64,000 bases of DNA from an uncultured delta proteobacterium. GTDB lineage: Bacteria > Myxococcota_A > Polyangia > Polyangiales > Polyangiaceae. A program made the position numbers and the translations under genes. The DNA lies in contig CAWKKR010000007.1 in assembly GCA_963850305.1 (NCBI GenBank), forward strand, positions 192,001-256,000, given 5' to 3'. The notes under the pieces are model-generated. The model saw only the letters and a list, made by a program, of their open reading frames with translations, was not told the origin of the DNA and made no database searches. Positions within the stretch are counted from its first letter, which is position 1. Every line of letters begins with the position of its first letter. This document shows positions 42,301-52,465 of this stretch, piece after piece.

Positions 42301-42745
42301 TCTCCACGAGCGCTCGCGCGAGTGTGTGACCCTCGACGAGCTTCAGCGCGTAGAATGCCTGGCCATTGGGCCATCGTCCCGCGTCGTACAGGGGCACGAT
42401 GTTCGGGTGGGTGAGCTGCGCGGTGATGCGGATCTCGCGCCGGAAGCGAGTGGTCGCGGCGGGTCCGTCGCCCCGGAGCTCCTTCAGCGCCACGAAACGA
42501 TCGAACCGGACGTCGCGCGCGCGCAGAATGCGGCCGATTCCGCCCCGCGCGATCTCTTCCCCGATCTCGTAGCGCTCCGGTGAGACCACCCCATCGTCGA
42601 ACGGCGGCGTGCCGTTCCGAACTCGGTCCGTTAGGGCAGCCCCTGGACCTGCCGCGCCGGAGTCCTCGGCCACGGTCGCGGATCCAGCCGAAGATCCAGT
42701 CGAAGCGGGCCCGTGCGGTCGGGCCTTACGATCGGCGCCGTCCAT
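39337..42745 (-). CDS. Ser/Thr protein kinase with TM segment and WD40 repeats, one apparent frameshift near 40547
   Basis: [17 protein letters not shown] and GTPAYMPPE, followed by many GH...FSPDG...W repeats split across two ORFs. Confidence 0.88.
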
Positions 42746-42911
42746 CGATGGACAGCGTTATTACTCGACTTGGCGATTCCTCGAGGCTCTAGTTTCTCGA
42801 CGGGACGGTTTCCAGCGGCGCTTCATTCGCTCCGGGCCACGGCGCAGTGCGCAGTGCGCTGAGTTTGCTGTAATTCGCGCCGTCCTTTGAGATGCGGCCG
42901 AGACGCGGTAT

Positions 42912-43307
42912 GTGTTGAACGTGGCGGACAATGGGAACGTTCCGCGGCGCGGCGGAGTGGAGTCATCTTATCGACCCGACGAGACCCCGATCTCATCGTC
43001 GGCCGTTGTCATTCGCCGTTCTTCTGCCAAGGACGCCCAGGGTCGCCGCCACCGGGTCGCCGACGGCGAACACTCGTACGCCCTCACGCCGTATCAGGCG
43101 CGTCTGGACGTCGCCATGGACGACACGGCCGTCAGCAAGGTCCGCGATCCATCGGTGTCGATTCGACTCGGTGCGGAGGAGTTACGGCGCTCCGCGCGGA
43201 AGTCCGTGCCGAGCATGGACGCCATCGCGCCCGTGGCGCTGGGGACGCTCATCGGCGCGGTTCTGGTCATGCTCGCGGTGTTCGCCGTTCGCGCGCTCGG
43301 GCATTGA
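42912..43307 (+). CDS. Hypothetical protein with C-terminal TM helix
   Basis: Fills the intergenic gap and has a hydrophobic C-terminus. Start uncertain. Confidence 0.45.
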   Translation: MLNVADNGNVPRRGGVESSYRPDETPISSSAVVIRRSSAKDAQGRRHRVADGEHSYALTPYQARLDVAMDDTAVSKVRDPSVSIRLGAEELRRSARKSVPSMDAIAPVALGTLIGAVLVMLAVFAVRALGH

Positions 43308-43386
43308 TCGGAGGGGGGGGCGACCTGGACCCGTCGCTCGGCTGGGGCGATGACCGAGACAATCGCACCGGAGATCGGCGCCGAGG

Positions 43387-44177
43387 TCAACGGCCCGAGA
43401 GCAGCATCCCGCCGTCGACGACGAACGTCTGGCCCGTGACGTAGTTCGATGCGTCGCTGCCGAGGAAGAGCGCCATTCCCGCGATGTCGTCAGGCTTGCC
43501 CACGCGTCGGACCGGCGCTTGTTCGGTCATGGCTTTCACCAGTCCTTCGTTCGCCATCAGGGCCCCTGCGAAGTACGTATCGACCAGACCCGGCGCGATG
43601 GCATTCACGCGAATTCCCGTGCCGCCGAGCTCGACGGCCAGAGTCTTCGTCATGGAGATTACTGCCGCCTTCGACATGCCGTACACGCCTTGCGCAACGG
43701 CGGCCGTGATGCCCGAGATACTCGCGACGTTCACGATGGAGCCCGGGGCGTCGCGCGACGTCAGGTGCCGTACGACGGCCCGCGTTGCGATGAAGTACCC
43801 CTTGGTGTTGACCTCGAACGTTTTTTCCCACGCTCCGAAATCGAGGTGAATCATGGGACCGAAGTACGGATTGGCCGCGGCGTTGTTGACCAGGATATCC
43901 ACCTTGCCGTAGCGAGCGATCGTCTGTGTCACTAGGTTCTCGATTCTGATCCTCCCTGCCGGCGTGACAGACGATGGGTGTCGCGTCGCCGCCCGCGGCC
44001 TTGATTCTTGTCGGCCACCGCGGAGAGGCCGTCGAGCTTGCGGGACGAGACGACCACCTGGGCGCCTCGCCGCGCGTAGCAGCGCGCGATGGCCTCGCCG
44101 ATGCCTCGGCTGGCTCCAGTGACGATTGCGACTTTGCCCTCCAGGGACATGTCCGGGTTGGATGCGGGGGTTTCCAT
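43387..44177 (-). CDS. Short-chain dehydrogenase/reductase (DHRS4-like), two apparent frameshifts near 44005 and 43944
   Basis: [20 protein letters not shown] and VNAIAPG. Two extra A bases interrupt the frame. Confidence 0.85.
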
Positions 44178-44196
44178 TGGGATTGCTCCTTCTCGT

Positions 44197-45399
<1,203 letters not shown>

Positions 45400-45631
45400 C
45401 GCGAGTCTCCTTGGTATTGCGAGGTCGGGTCGCACGTCGTGAGCGTCAAAGAAAAATTCGTGAGCGCATCGGTCTCGAGTAAGCCGTGAATCGAGGCAAG
45501 AATACGGTAGTAGTTCGATTTTTTAACGTTGCTGTTCGCTGACCGATACAGCGGCTCAATCGAACGACGGCAGCGCTCATGGTGTGGTGATCTACTGGAC
45601 TCGGTCCTCAATCTCACCGAGAATAAAACTC

Positions 45632-45868
45632 ATGCGGACGGTAGCGGCCTTATTCCTGCTCGTGGGCGGCGTGATGATGTTCCAGGGCTGCGGCTCCGGA
45701 CAATCGGGAGGCTCGTTCTCCAAGTTCGACGCCGGTGCCTGTAATCCAGCGTACTGCGTGGCTCTCGGCACGGGCACAGCCTGTTGCACCACCAGTGGGC
45801 AATGCGGCACCGATTTCGGGAATGGGTGCGTCGCGTCCGGGCTGTCGCAGGTCGACGGCGGACACTGA
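45632..45868 (+). CDS. Small Cys-rich lipoprotein
   Basis: Signal peptide with FQGC lipobox and a C-x4-C-x8-CC-x5-C-x7-C motif. Confidence 0.65.
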   Translation: MRTVAALFLLVGGVMMFQGCGSGQSGGSFSKFDAGACNPAYCVALGTGTACCTTSGQCGTDFGNGCVASGLSQVDGGH

Positions 45869-45927
45869 GTCTTTCACGTACGCATGAACGGCGCGGCATC
45901 GCGAAGGCGAGCCGCGCCGAATGCATT

Positions 45928-48111
45928 TCATGCCTTGCCCGCGAGACAAAGCTTCCGGACCACATTGTCGAGCAGCCGCTGCCCTACCTCGCCGTCGAGG
46001 GTGAGAATGGACTCGGGGTGGAACTGCACGGCGGCGAGCGGCAGTGTCGTGTGCTCGAGCGCCATGATCACACCATCGTCGCTCTCCGCCGTCGCTCGAA
46101 GCACGTTCGGGAACGCTTCGCGTAGCGCATAGAGCGAATGATACCGACCCGCGCGGAACGTCGCGGGGAGTCCTTCGAAGAGCACGCCTCCGAGCACACG
46201 GATCCTCGACGGTTTGCCGTGCACCGGATAATCGAGCACCCCCAGCTTCCCGCCGAAATGCTCGACCATGCCCTGGAGACCGAGGCATACGCCGAACACC
46301 GGGAGCGCCCGCGCCGTCGCCGCAGCGATCGTGCCCGATACGTCGAAGTCCTTCGGTGACCCCGGTCCCGGCGACAGGACCACCAGGTGCGGCTTCTGCT
46401 CGTCGAACGTGCTCGCAGGAAAGCCGGCGCGCAAGGTCACTACATCCGCCCCCGTTTGACGAAGGTAGTTCGCGAGGGTGTGAACGAACGAATCCTGGTG
46501 GTCGACGAGCAAGATACGCTTGCCCTTGCCCGCCGTCGAATGTGCCGGCGTGCCCGCTGACGACGACCCGGTTCGACTCAGTCCGCGAACCGCGTCCAGG
46601 AACGCCGACGCTTTGAGTCGCGTTTCGCGTTCCTCGTCTTCGGGCACCGAGTCGTAAAGGAGGGTCGCGCCGGCGCGTACTTCAGCGACACCGTCTTTCA
46701 ATCGCACGGTGCGCAGCGTCAGGCCGGTGTTGAGTCCGCCGTCGAAGCCGAGCACGCCGATCGCGCCTCCGTACCAGGCGCGCGGTGATTTCTCGTGGTC
46801 TTCGACGAATTGCATCGCCCAGGCCTTCGGCGCACCGGTGACCGTGACCGCCCACGTGTGCGTCAAGAACGCATCGAGAGCATCGAATTCCGGTCGAAGA
46901 ACCCCCTCCACGTGATCGACGGTGTGGATCAAGCGCGAATAGAGTTCGATCTGCCGCCGTCCGATCACGCGCACGGAGCCGGGGACGCAGATGCGACTCT
47001 TGTCGTTTCGATCGACGTCCGTGCACATGGTGAGCTCGGATTCTTCCTTGCGCGAAGAGAGCAGCTCACGGATCCGCTCCGCGTCTTCGACCGCGTCGCG
47101 ACCTCGTGGGATCGTGCCGGAGATGGGGCAAGTTTCGACCCGGCTCTGGTCCACGCGGACGTACATCTCCGGCGACGCGCCGACCAGGTGTTCGGATTCA
47201 CCGAGATTGAGGAGGAGCGCGTAAGGCGCTGGGTTCGTCTCGCGGAGCCGCCGGAAGATGGTCGAAGGCGGCACGGAGCACGGTTCGCGAAAGGTTTGCC
47301 CGAGTACGACCTCGAAGAGATCTCCTCGCTTGAACGCGGCCCGAGCTTTCTCGACAGCCCCCGCATATTCGCCCGGAGCGTGATCGGAGCCGGCCGTCAC
47401 GCCGTCGGCGGCGACGTAGGGCTCCTCCGCGCCGTCCCGCGGAAGCGACCGAGTCGAGCCTCCCGGAAGGTCGAAGTCGTAGGAGTAGCGCATCGCGCGC
47501 TCTTTCCGATGATCCACCACGACGAGCTCGTCCGGTAAATAAAGGACGAGATCCCGCTGATCCGACGGGCGCGGGCGTCGGAGCGCGATCGGCTCGAATT
47601 GAAACGCAAGATCATATCCGAAGGCGCCGTACAGCCCGAGATGGATGTCGTCGGAGCTCCGGAACAGGTCGATGATGCTGCGGAGCACCGAGAATACGCT
47701 CGGCTGCTTGCTCCGATGTTCCTCCGGAAGGCGCGCCGTCGGAGCCCTCAGCGTCGCGGTGAACGACGCTCCGTCGTCGCACGGGCTTTCCAGTACGCCA
47801 GAGCGCTCGGCCGCGGCTTTCACCGGAACGATGAGGAGCTGCCCGCGAGCGTTCAGCGCGCGGATGCCGAGCTGGCGCCCGCGCGTGACGATCTCCAGCG
47901 CTGGGTTCGAGAAACCCAGATCCCACCGCGTATAGCGACCGGGATAGTCGTAGTTCGACGACAGGAGGACTCCGCGCTGGCGATCGAGCCTGTCGATGAG
48001 CTCCTCTATTGCGGCGTGAGGCGGCAGCTCCTCGGTGTTCCGGGAGACCTGCACACCGCCGTGAGTCGTAAAGCGCTCGTAGGCGGACCGCGGATCGATG
48101 ATGTCTTTCAC
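45928..48111 (-). CDS. trpE: Anthranilate synthase, fused TrpE-TrpG
   Basis: GASPEMYV, CTDVDRND and VTVTGAPK, plus a GATase domain (SPGPG, GVCLG, QFHPES). Confidence 0.93.
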   Translation of the reverse strand: MKDIIDPRSAYERFTTHGGVQVSRNTEELPPHAAIEELIDRLDRQRGVLLSSNYDYPGRYTRWDLGFSNPALEIVTRGRQLGIRALNARGQLLIVPVKAAAERSGVLESPCDDGASFTATLRAPTARLPEEHRSKQPSVFSVLRSIIDLFRSSDDIHLGLYGAFGYDLAFQFEPIALRRPRPSDQRDLVLYLPDELVVVDHRKERAMRYSYDFDLPGGSTRSLPRDGAEEPYVAADGVTAGSDHAPGEYAGAVEKARAAFKRGDLFEVVLGQTFREPCSVPPSTIFRRLRETNPAPYALLLNLGESEHLVGASPEMYVRVDQSRVETCPISGTIPRGRDAVEDAERIRELLSSRKEESELTMCTDVDRNDKSRICVPGSVRVIGRRQIELYSRLIHTVDHVEGVLRPEFDALDAFLTHTWAVTVTGAPKAWAMQFVEDHEKSPRAWYGGAIGVLGFDGGLNTGLTLRTVRLKDGVAEVRAGATLLYDSVPEDEERETRLKASAFLDAVRGLSRTGSSSAGTPAHSTAGKGKRILLVDHQDSFVHTLANYLRQTGADVVTLRAGFPASTFDEQKPHLVVLSPGPGSPKDFDVSGTIAAATARALPVFGVCLGLQGMVEHFGGKLGVLDYPVHGKPSRIRVLGGVLFEGLPATFRAGRYHSLYALREAFPNVLRATAESDDGVIMALEHTTLPLAAVQFHPESILTLDGEVGQRLLDNVVRKLCLAGKA

Positions 48112-48159
48112 GCTCTCTCCACTCGGGTTTGGGACAACCTCCGTCGGGCAGCGCGCTTC

Positions 48160-48230
48160 TGAAACGAATCGAGCCGCCTCGGAGGCGGCTCGTGACGCAA
48201 GTGCTCCGGCCGCCTCCTACGAAAGCGACC
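48160..48230 (-). promoter_or_regulatory. Putative trp attenuator (alternative 1:2, 2:3 and 3:4 hairpins)
   Basis: Minus-strand segments GTCGCTTTC / GGAGGCGGC / GAGCCGCCTC / GAGGCGGCTC followed by GATTCGTTTC. Confidence 0.7.
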
Positions 48231-48267
48231 CACGCCAACCACGAAGTGTAGCTGTGCTCGCGAGCAT
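48217..48267 (-). CDS. trpL: Putative trp leader peptide MLASTATLRGWRGSLS
   Basis: 16-aa ORF with a Trp in an LRGWR context (compare enteric LKGWWR), ending at the attenuator hairpins. Confidence 0.6.
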   Translation of the reverse strand: MLASTATLRGWRGSLS

Positions 48268-48306
48268 GCACCGCACGATGCCACGACGCGCGTGCGCGTC
48301 AAGAGC

Positions 48307-49554
48307 TCAACTCACCTTATCGAACTCGAGGACGAAGCTCGACGGGAAGTTCGCCTGCTCCACGGGGAGCGTCCGGACCGTTCCAGCGCGCCCGGGACCT
48401 CGGCGCAAGCGGGGGAGTGCGAAGAGTGCGCGCGCCATCTCGTGAAGGAGCGTCTGCCCGATGTGCTCGCCGAGGCACGCGTGACGACCATGTCCGAAGC
48501 CCATGTACTTCCACCGTGGCCGCCCCGGGATGAACTCGAACGGGCTCTCGAACACGTCCCTGTCGAACGCGGCGAGTGAGGGCCAGATGACCACGGTTGT
48601 GCCAGCGGGGATCTTCTTCTCGCGCGACGTCCCGGCCGCGAGTGCGGTGTCGTGTTCCGCGTGACGGTAGAGAACGGAGGGAAAAACGCCGAACCGTTCC
48701 GCTTCGCGGAGATAGTCGCGGAAGGAGCGGTCGTCTCGTTCGGAGCCTGCGACGGCCCGTCGCGCCATGACGTGCAGCGTTCTCCGTTCGTGTTCGGGCA
48801 GGCTCACCAGCTTGTTCATGCCGTTCACGAACAGTCCGATAGGGGCATTCAGCGTTCCCGAACAGAGTCCGGCGATGGAGCGCAGAACCCCCACGTCCCC
48901 ATCCGCAAAGCCGTTGCTTGCAGCGAGCAAGCGTCCGATGACGTCGCGCTCAGCGATATCGCCTTCTCGACGTCGCTGCTCGATGTACTTCGCGAGGGTG
49001 CCGCGCACGTCCTCCGCCGCGGACACCGCCGCGTCGCGCATCCTCGGATCGAACCAGAACGAGAAGATGTACCAGGACGCCACCTGAAACCGCCGGAGCA
49101 GTTCGTCGAGATCTTCCTCAGGGAGCCCGAAATACCGCATGGAGAACCGGATCGGGACGACGTTGGCGAGGTCCCGCACGATATCGATCCGTCCCACCTT
49201 CCTCACTCGGTCCATGGCCTGCGCCGTCTCTTCGGCGACAATACGACGGACCAACGCCGCGTCGTCCCGTCGAAGCGCGCTGCGGATGACGGTCGCGTCC
49301 TTTGTATACCGATCGAGGTCGTCCATTCCGAGGATGAATGGCCCCGTGGTCGCGCCCATCCGTTCACCGTAGCCGCGAACGGAGAAATCGTCGTCACGGC
49401 TCCAGACTTCCGCGACGTCCATGTATCTGGTTACGTGCACCATCCGGCTCGCGTCGGAGTGCAGCACGAGGGAAAGCGCGTTGGCGGCGCCGCCCGGGCC
49501 GATCGTCGGAAACAAGCGGTGAGCCAGGGGCAACCACAGTTTTCTGAGATCCAT
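48307..49554 (-). CDS. Cytochrome P450, atypical I-helix
   Basis: FGHGRHACLG heme motif, EAER (ExxR), and I-helix AGLCSGTLNAP. Confidence 0.88.
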   Translation of the reverse strand: MDLRKLWLPLAHRLFPTIGPGGAANALSLVLHSDASRMVHVTRYMDVAEVWSRDDDFSVRGYGERMGATTGPFILGMDDLDRYTKDATVIRSALRRDDAALVRRIVAEETAQAMDRVRKVGRIDIVRDLANVVPIRFSMRYFGLPEEDLDELLRRFQVASWYIFSFWFDPRMRDAAVSAAEDVRGTLAKYIEQRRREGDIAERDVIGRLLAASNGFADGDVGVLRSIAGLCSGTLNAPIGLFVNGMNKLVSLPEHERRTLHVMARRAVAGSERDDRSFRDYLREAERFGVFPSVLYRHAEHDTALAAGTSREKKIPAGTTVVIWPSLAAFDRDVFESPFEFIPGRPRWKYMGFGHGRHACLGEHIGQTLLHEMARALFALPRLRRGPGRAGTVRTLPVEQANFPSSFVLEFDKVS

Positions 49555-49694
49555 CGCGTCCCCGAACTTCTCGTATCCGTCCGCATCGATGCGATCAAGT
49601 CGGATCGTGCGTGCTTGTCCTGTCCACTCGAGTGGACATCGATCGTTTCGGGTTCACGGGTGCCTTCCGGTGCGATATGGATACGGGTCGTGTC

Positions 49695-51023
49695 ATGACC
49701 CAGGGGGTCCTCACCGTCGTCACGGAGATCACGCCGGGTCGAGCCGATCAGCTCGTCGCGTTGCTCGATGAGCTGGACACCGCGCTGACCGGCGAGGGCG
49801 CGGAGCCGATCGTCGACTTTCGGAGCCTCGACACCGTTCATTTTGCGCGGTTCGTCGTGCTCCCCGGAAATTCCGAGGGCCGCCGGCATCTCGTGTTCTC
49901 GACCGCGTACGATGGTCCGCTTCGGTTTCATCTCGCCGAGCTCGCGCTCCGGGCATCGGCGGGGTTGTGCGCGATTTACGCACATTGCGTTTCGTTCCCG
50001 GACGGGGCGGCCGCGGCGCCCGCGACGCTCCTGGCGTACCTTTCGAAATCGAGCGTGCCATATGGGGCGATGCACGTTGGCTACGTCGGGCGGCGGGTGG
50101 CGGACATCCGCGATGAAGAACGGTTGAGGCGGTTCGTCCAGACACGGCTCGATGCGGCGCCGCCGGAGTGGTGCCGCTCCGGCTCCGCTCGTGACGTTCG
50201 TGCGCGAATCATGGAATGGGTTCAGGCGAGTGACTTCCGGTGGGCCCTGGCGCCGCGTGCGGAGCGCATCTCGCGGAGCGGCGTCGAGCAATGGTGGACC
50301 CACATCGTCGCCGTCTTCGCCGCGGGACTCGCATTGCTCTCGGGCGGCGTCGCGACGTTCGTCATGGGTGGCGTGATCGGTCTCGGGGTGTACGTCGCCG
50401 TTCTCGTCGGCTCTCTGGGTCTCCTGGTCTGGAGGTTGCGATCGCACGAGGAGCTCGAGCCGGCGAAGACGGACTCCGACGTCGAACAAGGGCTCGAGCA
50501 CGCCGGAGACGAGGACTTTGGTCTGCGAAATCAGCTCAGCCACATCGTGGACGTGAAGCCAACCTTCTTTCGGCGCGCGCTCTTGCGGGCAGTGCTCTTC
50601 GCGGTGGAATTTCGAGCCCGCTTCGAGTTTTTCAAGGGCGATCTCGGCGGGATCGAGACCATCCATTGCGCGCACTGGGCGGTGATCGCGGAGGGCGCGC
50701 CGAGGCTCCTTTTCTTTTCGAACTACGACGGCAGCTGGGAGCGATACCTCGGGGATTTCATCGAGGAGGCGGGCGGCGGGATGACCAGCGTGTGGAGCAA
50801 CACCGTGCTGTTTCCGCGTGCGCGATTTCTGCTTTGGGGTGGCGCCACCGAGGAGCGCGCGTTCAAAGCGTGGACACGCGAGAGGCAGATCGTGACCCAG
50901 GTTTGGTACGCGGCAAACCCGGGCATCTCCATTCGCAACGTGAATGACAACTCGCGTCTCCGCGACGGTCTCACGGGATACATGACGGAAGAGGAGGCGC
51001 GTGCATGGCTGAAGCTCCTGTGA
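49695..51023 (+). CDS. DyP-associated protein with two similar soluble domains and a central TM hairpin
   Basis: HFARFV...STAYDG and IHCAHW...SNYDGSW halves separated by two hydrophobic helices. Overlaps the DyP gene. Confidence 0.75.
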   Translation: MTQGVLTVVTEITPGRADQLVALLDELDTALTGEGAEPIVDFRSLDTVHFARFVVLPGNSEGRRHLVFSTAYDGPLRFHLAELALRASAGLCAIYAHCVSFPDGAAAAPATLLAYLSKSSVPYGAMHVGYVGRRVADIRDEERLRRFVQTRLDAAPPEWCRSGSARDVRARIMEWVQASDFRWALAPRAERISRSGVEQWWTHIVAVFAAGLALLSGGVATFVMGGVIGLGVYVAVLVGSLGLLVWRLRSHEELEPAKTDSDVEQGLEHAGDEDFGLRNQLSHIVDVKPTFFRRALLRAVLFAVEFRARFEFFKGDLGGIETIHCAHWAVIAEGAPRLLFFSNYDGSWERYLGDFIEEAGGGMTSVWSNTVLFPRARFLLWGGATEERAFKAWTRERQIVTQVWYAANPGISIRNVNDNSRLRDGLTGYMTEEEARAWLKLL

Positions 51024-52465
51024 CCCGCGATCAGGTCGAATGGGGCGAAGTGCAGCGTCTCGTCTTGCGCGGATACCTCAAGCTGCCGTGGGCCCACTTT
51101 CTGTATCTCCGGATCACGAACGGCTCGCGTCCCGCGCCCTGGGTCCATGGGGTTCTCGACGAGGGCTCGCTGGCGTTCGGTTGGGGGGAGAAGCACCTCG
51201 ATGGGCCCGCAGTGGGCATTGCGTTCACGTGCGATGGGTTGCGTGCCCTCGGCCTGGACGACCAGACCCTGGAAGGATTTTCCCCGGAGTTCGTCGAGGG
51301 ACTGGTCACACCGGCTCGTTCCCGGAAGTTTCACGACACGGGGGCGAGCGATCCATCGCGGTGGCTCTGGGGGGCCGGCAAGAATCCGGTCCATATCGTT
51401 CTCGCGGTGTATGCGAAATCGGAAGCGGACCTCGCCACCGCGATGGAGCGGCACCAGACGCGAGCGTCCGAAGCAGGACTCGTCGAGGTTCGGGGGCCCG
51501 ATGGGGAAGCCCTTGGCGCCGCTCGGCCACTCGATGATCGGCGGGAGCACTTCGGGTTTGCCGACGGCATCTCGCAGCCGCGATTTCGCGACGAACCCGT
51601 CGGTCTTCGCTCCGGCGCGCGTGAGGCCGACCGACTTGCGGCCGGGGAATTCCTGCTGGGCTACCCGAACGAGGCGGACATCTACCAGCGAAGCCCGGTG
51701 CTGTCGGAGCCCGCACGCAGGCGAGGCCGGTTGTCGCGGCAAGACCATGACTTCGGCAAGAACGGTAGCTATCTCGTGGTCCGGCAGCTCGAACAGGATG
51801 TCGCCGCATTCTGGCGCGCGATGTCGCTCGCCGGAAGCGACTCGACCGTCGCCGACCGTGTCGCCCTGGCGTCGAAGATGATCGGACGGTGGCCCGACGG
51901 CGTTCCGCTCGTCGCGCGTGGAACCCCCGACGGACCGAGGCCACGGCACGCGGAGGACTTCGACTTTGCACACGACGATCCGCTGGGGCACAAGTGCCCC
52001 TTCGGTGCCCACATCCGGCGAGCGAACCCGCGTGCGACGCTTGCCACCGATCCCGACATGGGGCTCGCGAAGTCGAAGAAGCATCGCATTCTGCGGCGCG
52101 GGCGCTCGTACGGAGAGCCGTTCGTCGACCGGATGGTGCCCGAGGAGTTGATCCGCGCGGCGGAAGCAGGTGAAGGACATCCGGGCCCTCGCGGTCTGCA
52201 CTTCCTGTGCTTCAACGCCGACATCGCGAACCAGTTCGAATTCGTGCAGCAGACGTGGCTGAATGGGTCCGTATTTCAGGGGCTGCACGGAGAAGTCGAT
52301 CCGCTGATGGGAGATCCGGCGGACACCGGCGGCCTGTTCACCGTTCCTGGAGAACCCCTGCGCCGTCGCGTTACGGGTGTTCCGAGGTTCGTGACCGTTC
52401 GCGGAGGGGCCTACTTCTTCGCCCCCTCGCAGGCTGGTCTTCACTATCTCTCACGTCTCAAGTGA
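51005..52465 (+). CDS. Dye-decolorizing (DyP-type) heme peroxidase
   Basis: FGFADGISQP (GxxDG), AHIRRANPR, HRILRRG, GLHF and QFEFVQ. Confidence 0.9.
   Translation: MAEAPVTRDQVEWGEVQRLVLRGYLKLPWAHFLYLRITNGSRPAPWVHGVLDEGSLAFGWGEKHLDGPAVGIAFTCDGLRALGLDDQTLEGFSPEFVEGLVTPARSRKFHDTGASDPSRWLWGAGKNPVHIVLAVYAKSEADLATAMERHQTRASEAGLVEVRGPDGEALGAARPLDDRREHFGFADGISQPRFRDEPVGLRSGAREADRLAAGEFLLGYPNEADIYQRSPVLSEPARRRGRLSRQDHDFGKNGSYLVVRQLEQDVAAFWRAMSLAGSDSTVADRVALASKMIGRWPDGVPLVARGTPDGPRPRHAEDFDFAHDDPLGHKCPFGAHIRRANPRATLATDPDMGLAKSKKHRILRRGRSYGEPFVDRMVPEELIRAAEAGEGHPGPRGLHFLCFNADIANQFEFVQQTWLNGSVFQGLHGEVDPLMGDPADTGGLFTVPGEPLRRRVTGVPRFVTVRGGAYFFAPSQAGLHYLSRLK

Noticed and set aside
39199..42583. Long + strand ORFs (679 aa and 444 aa) and many similar long antisense ORFs elsewhere
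   Set aside because: They are shadow ORFs opposite well-supported genes, expected at high GC content, Arg/Ala/Pro-rich and without motifs.
47612..48271. 219-aa ORF beginning with two Trp codons (SWLAW) as the trp leader
   Set aside because: It does not terminate near the hairpins and runs out of frame into trpE. The 16-aa ORF at 48267-48217 fits attenuator geometry better.
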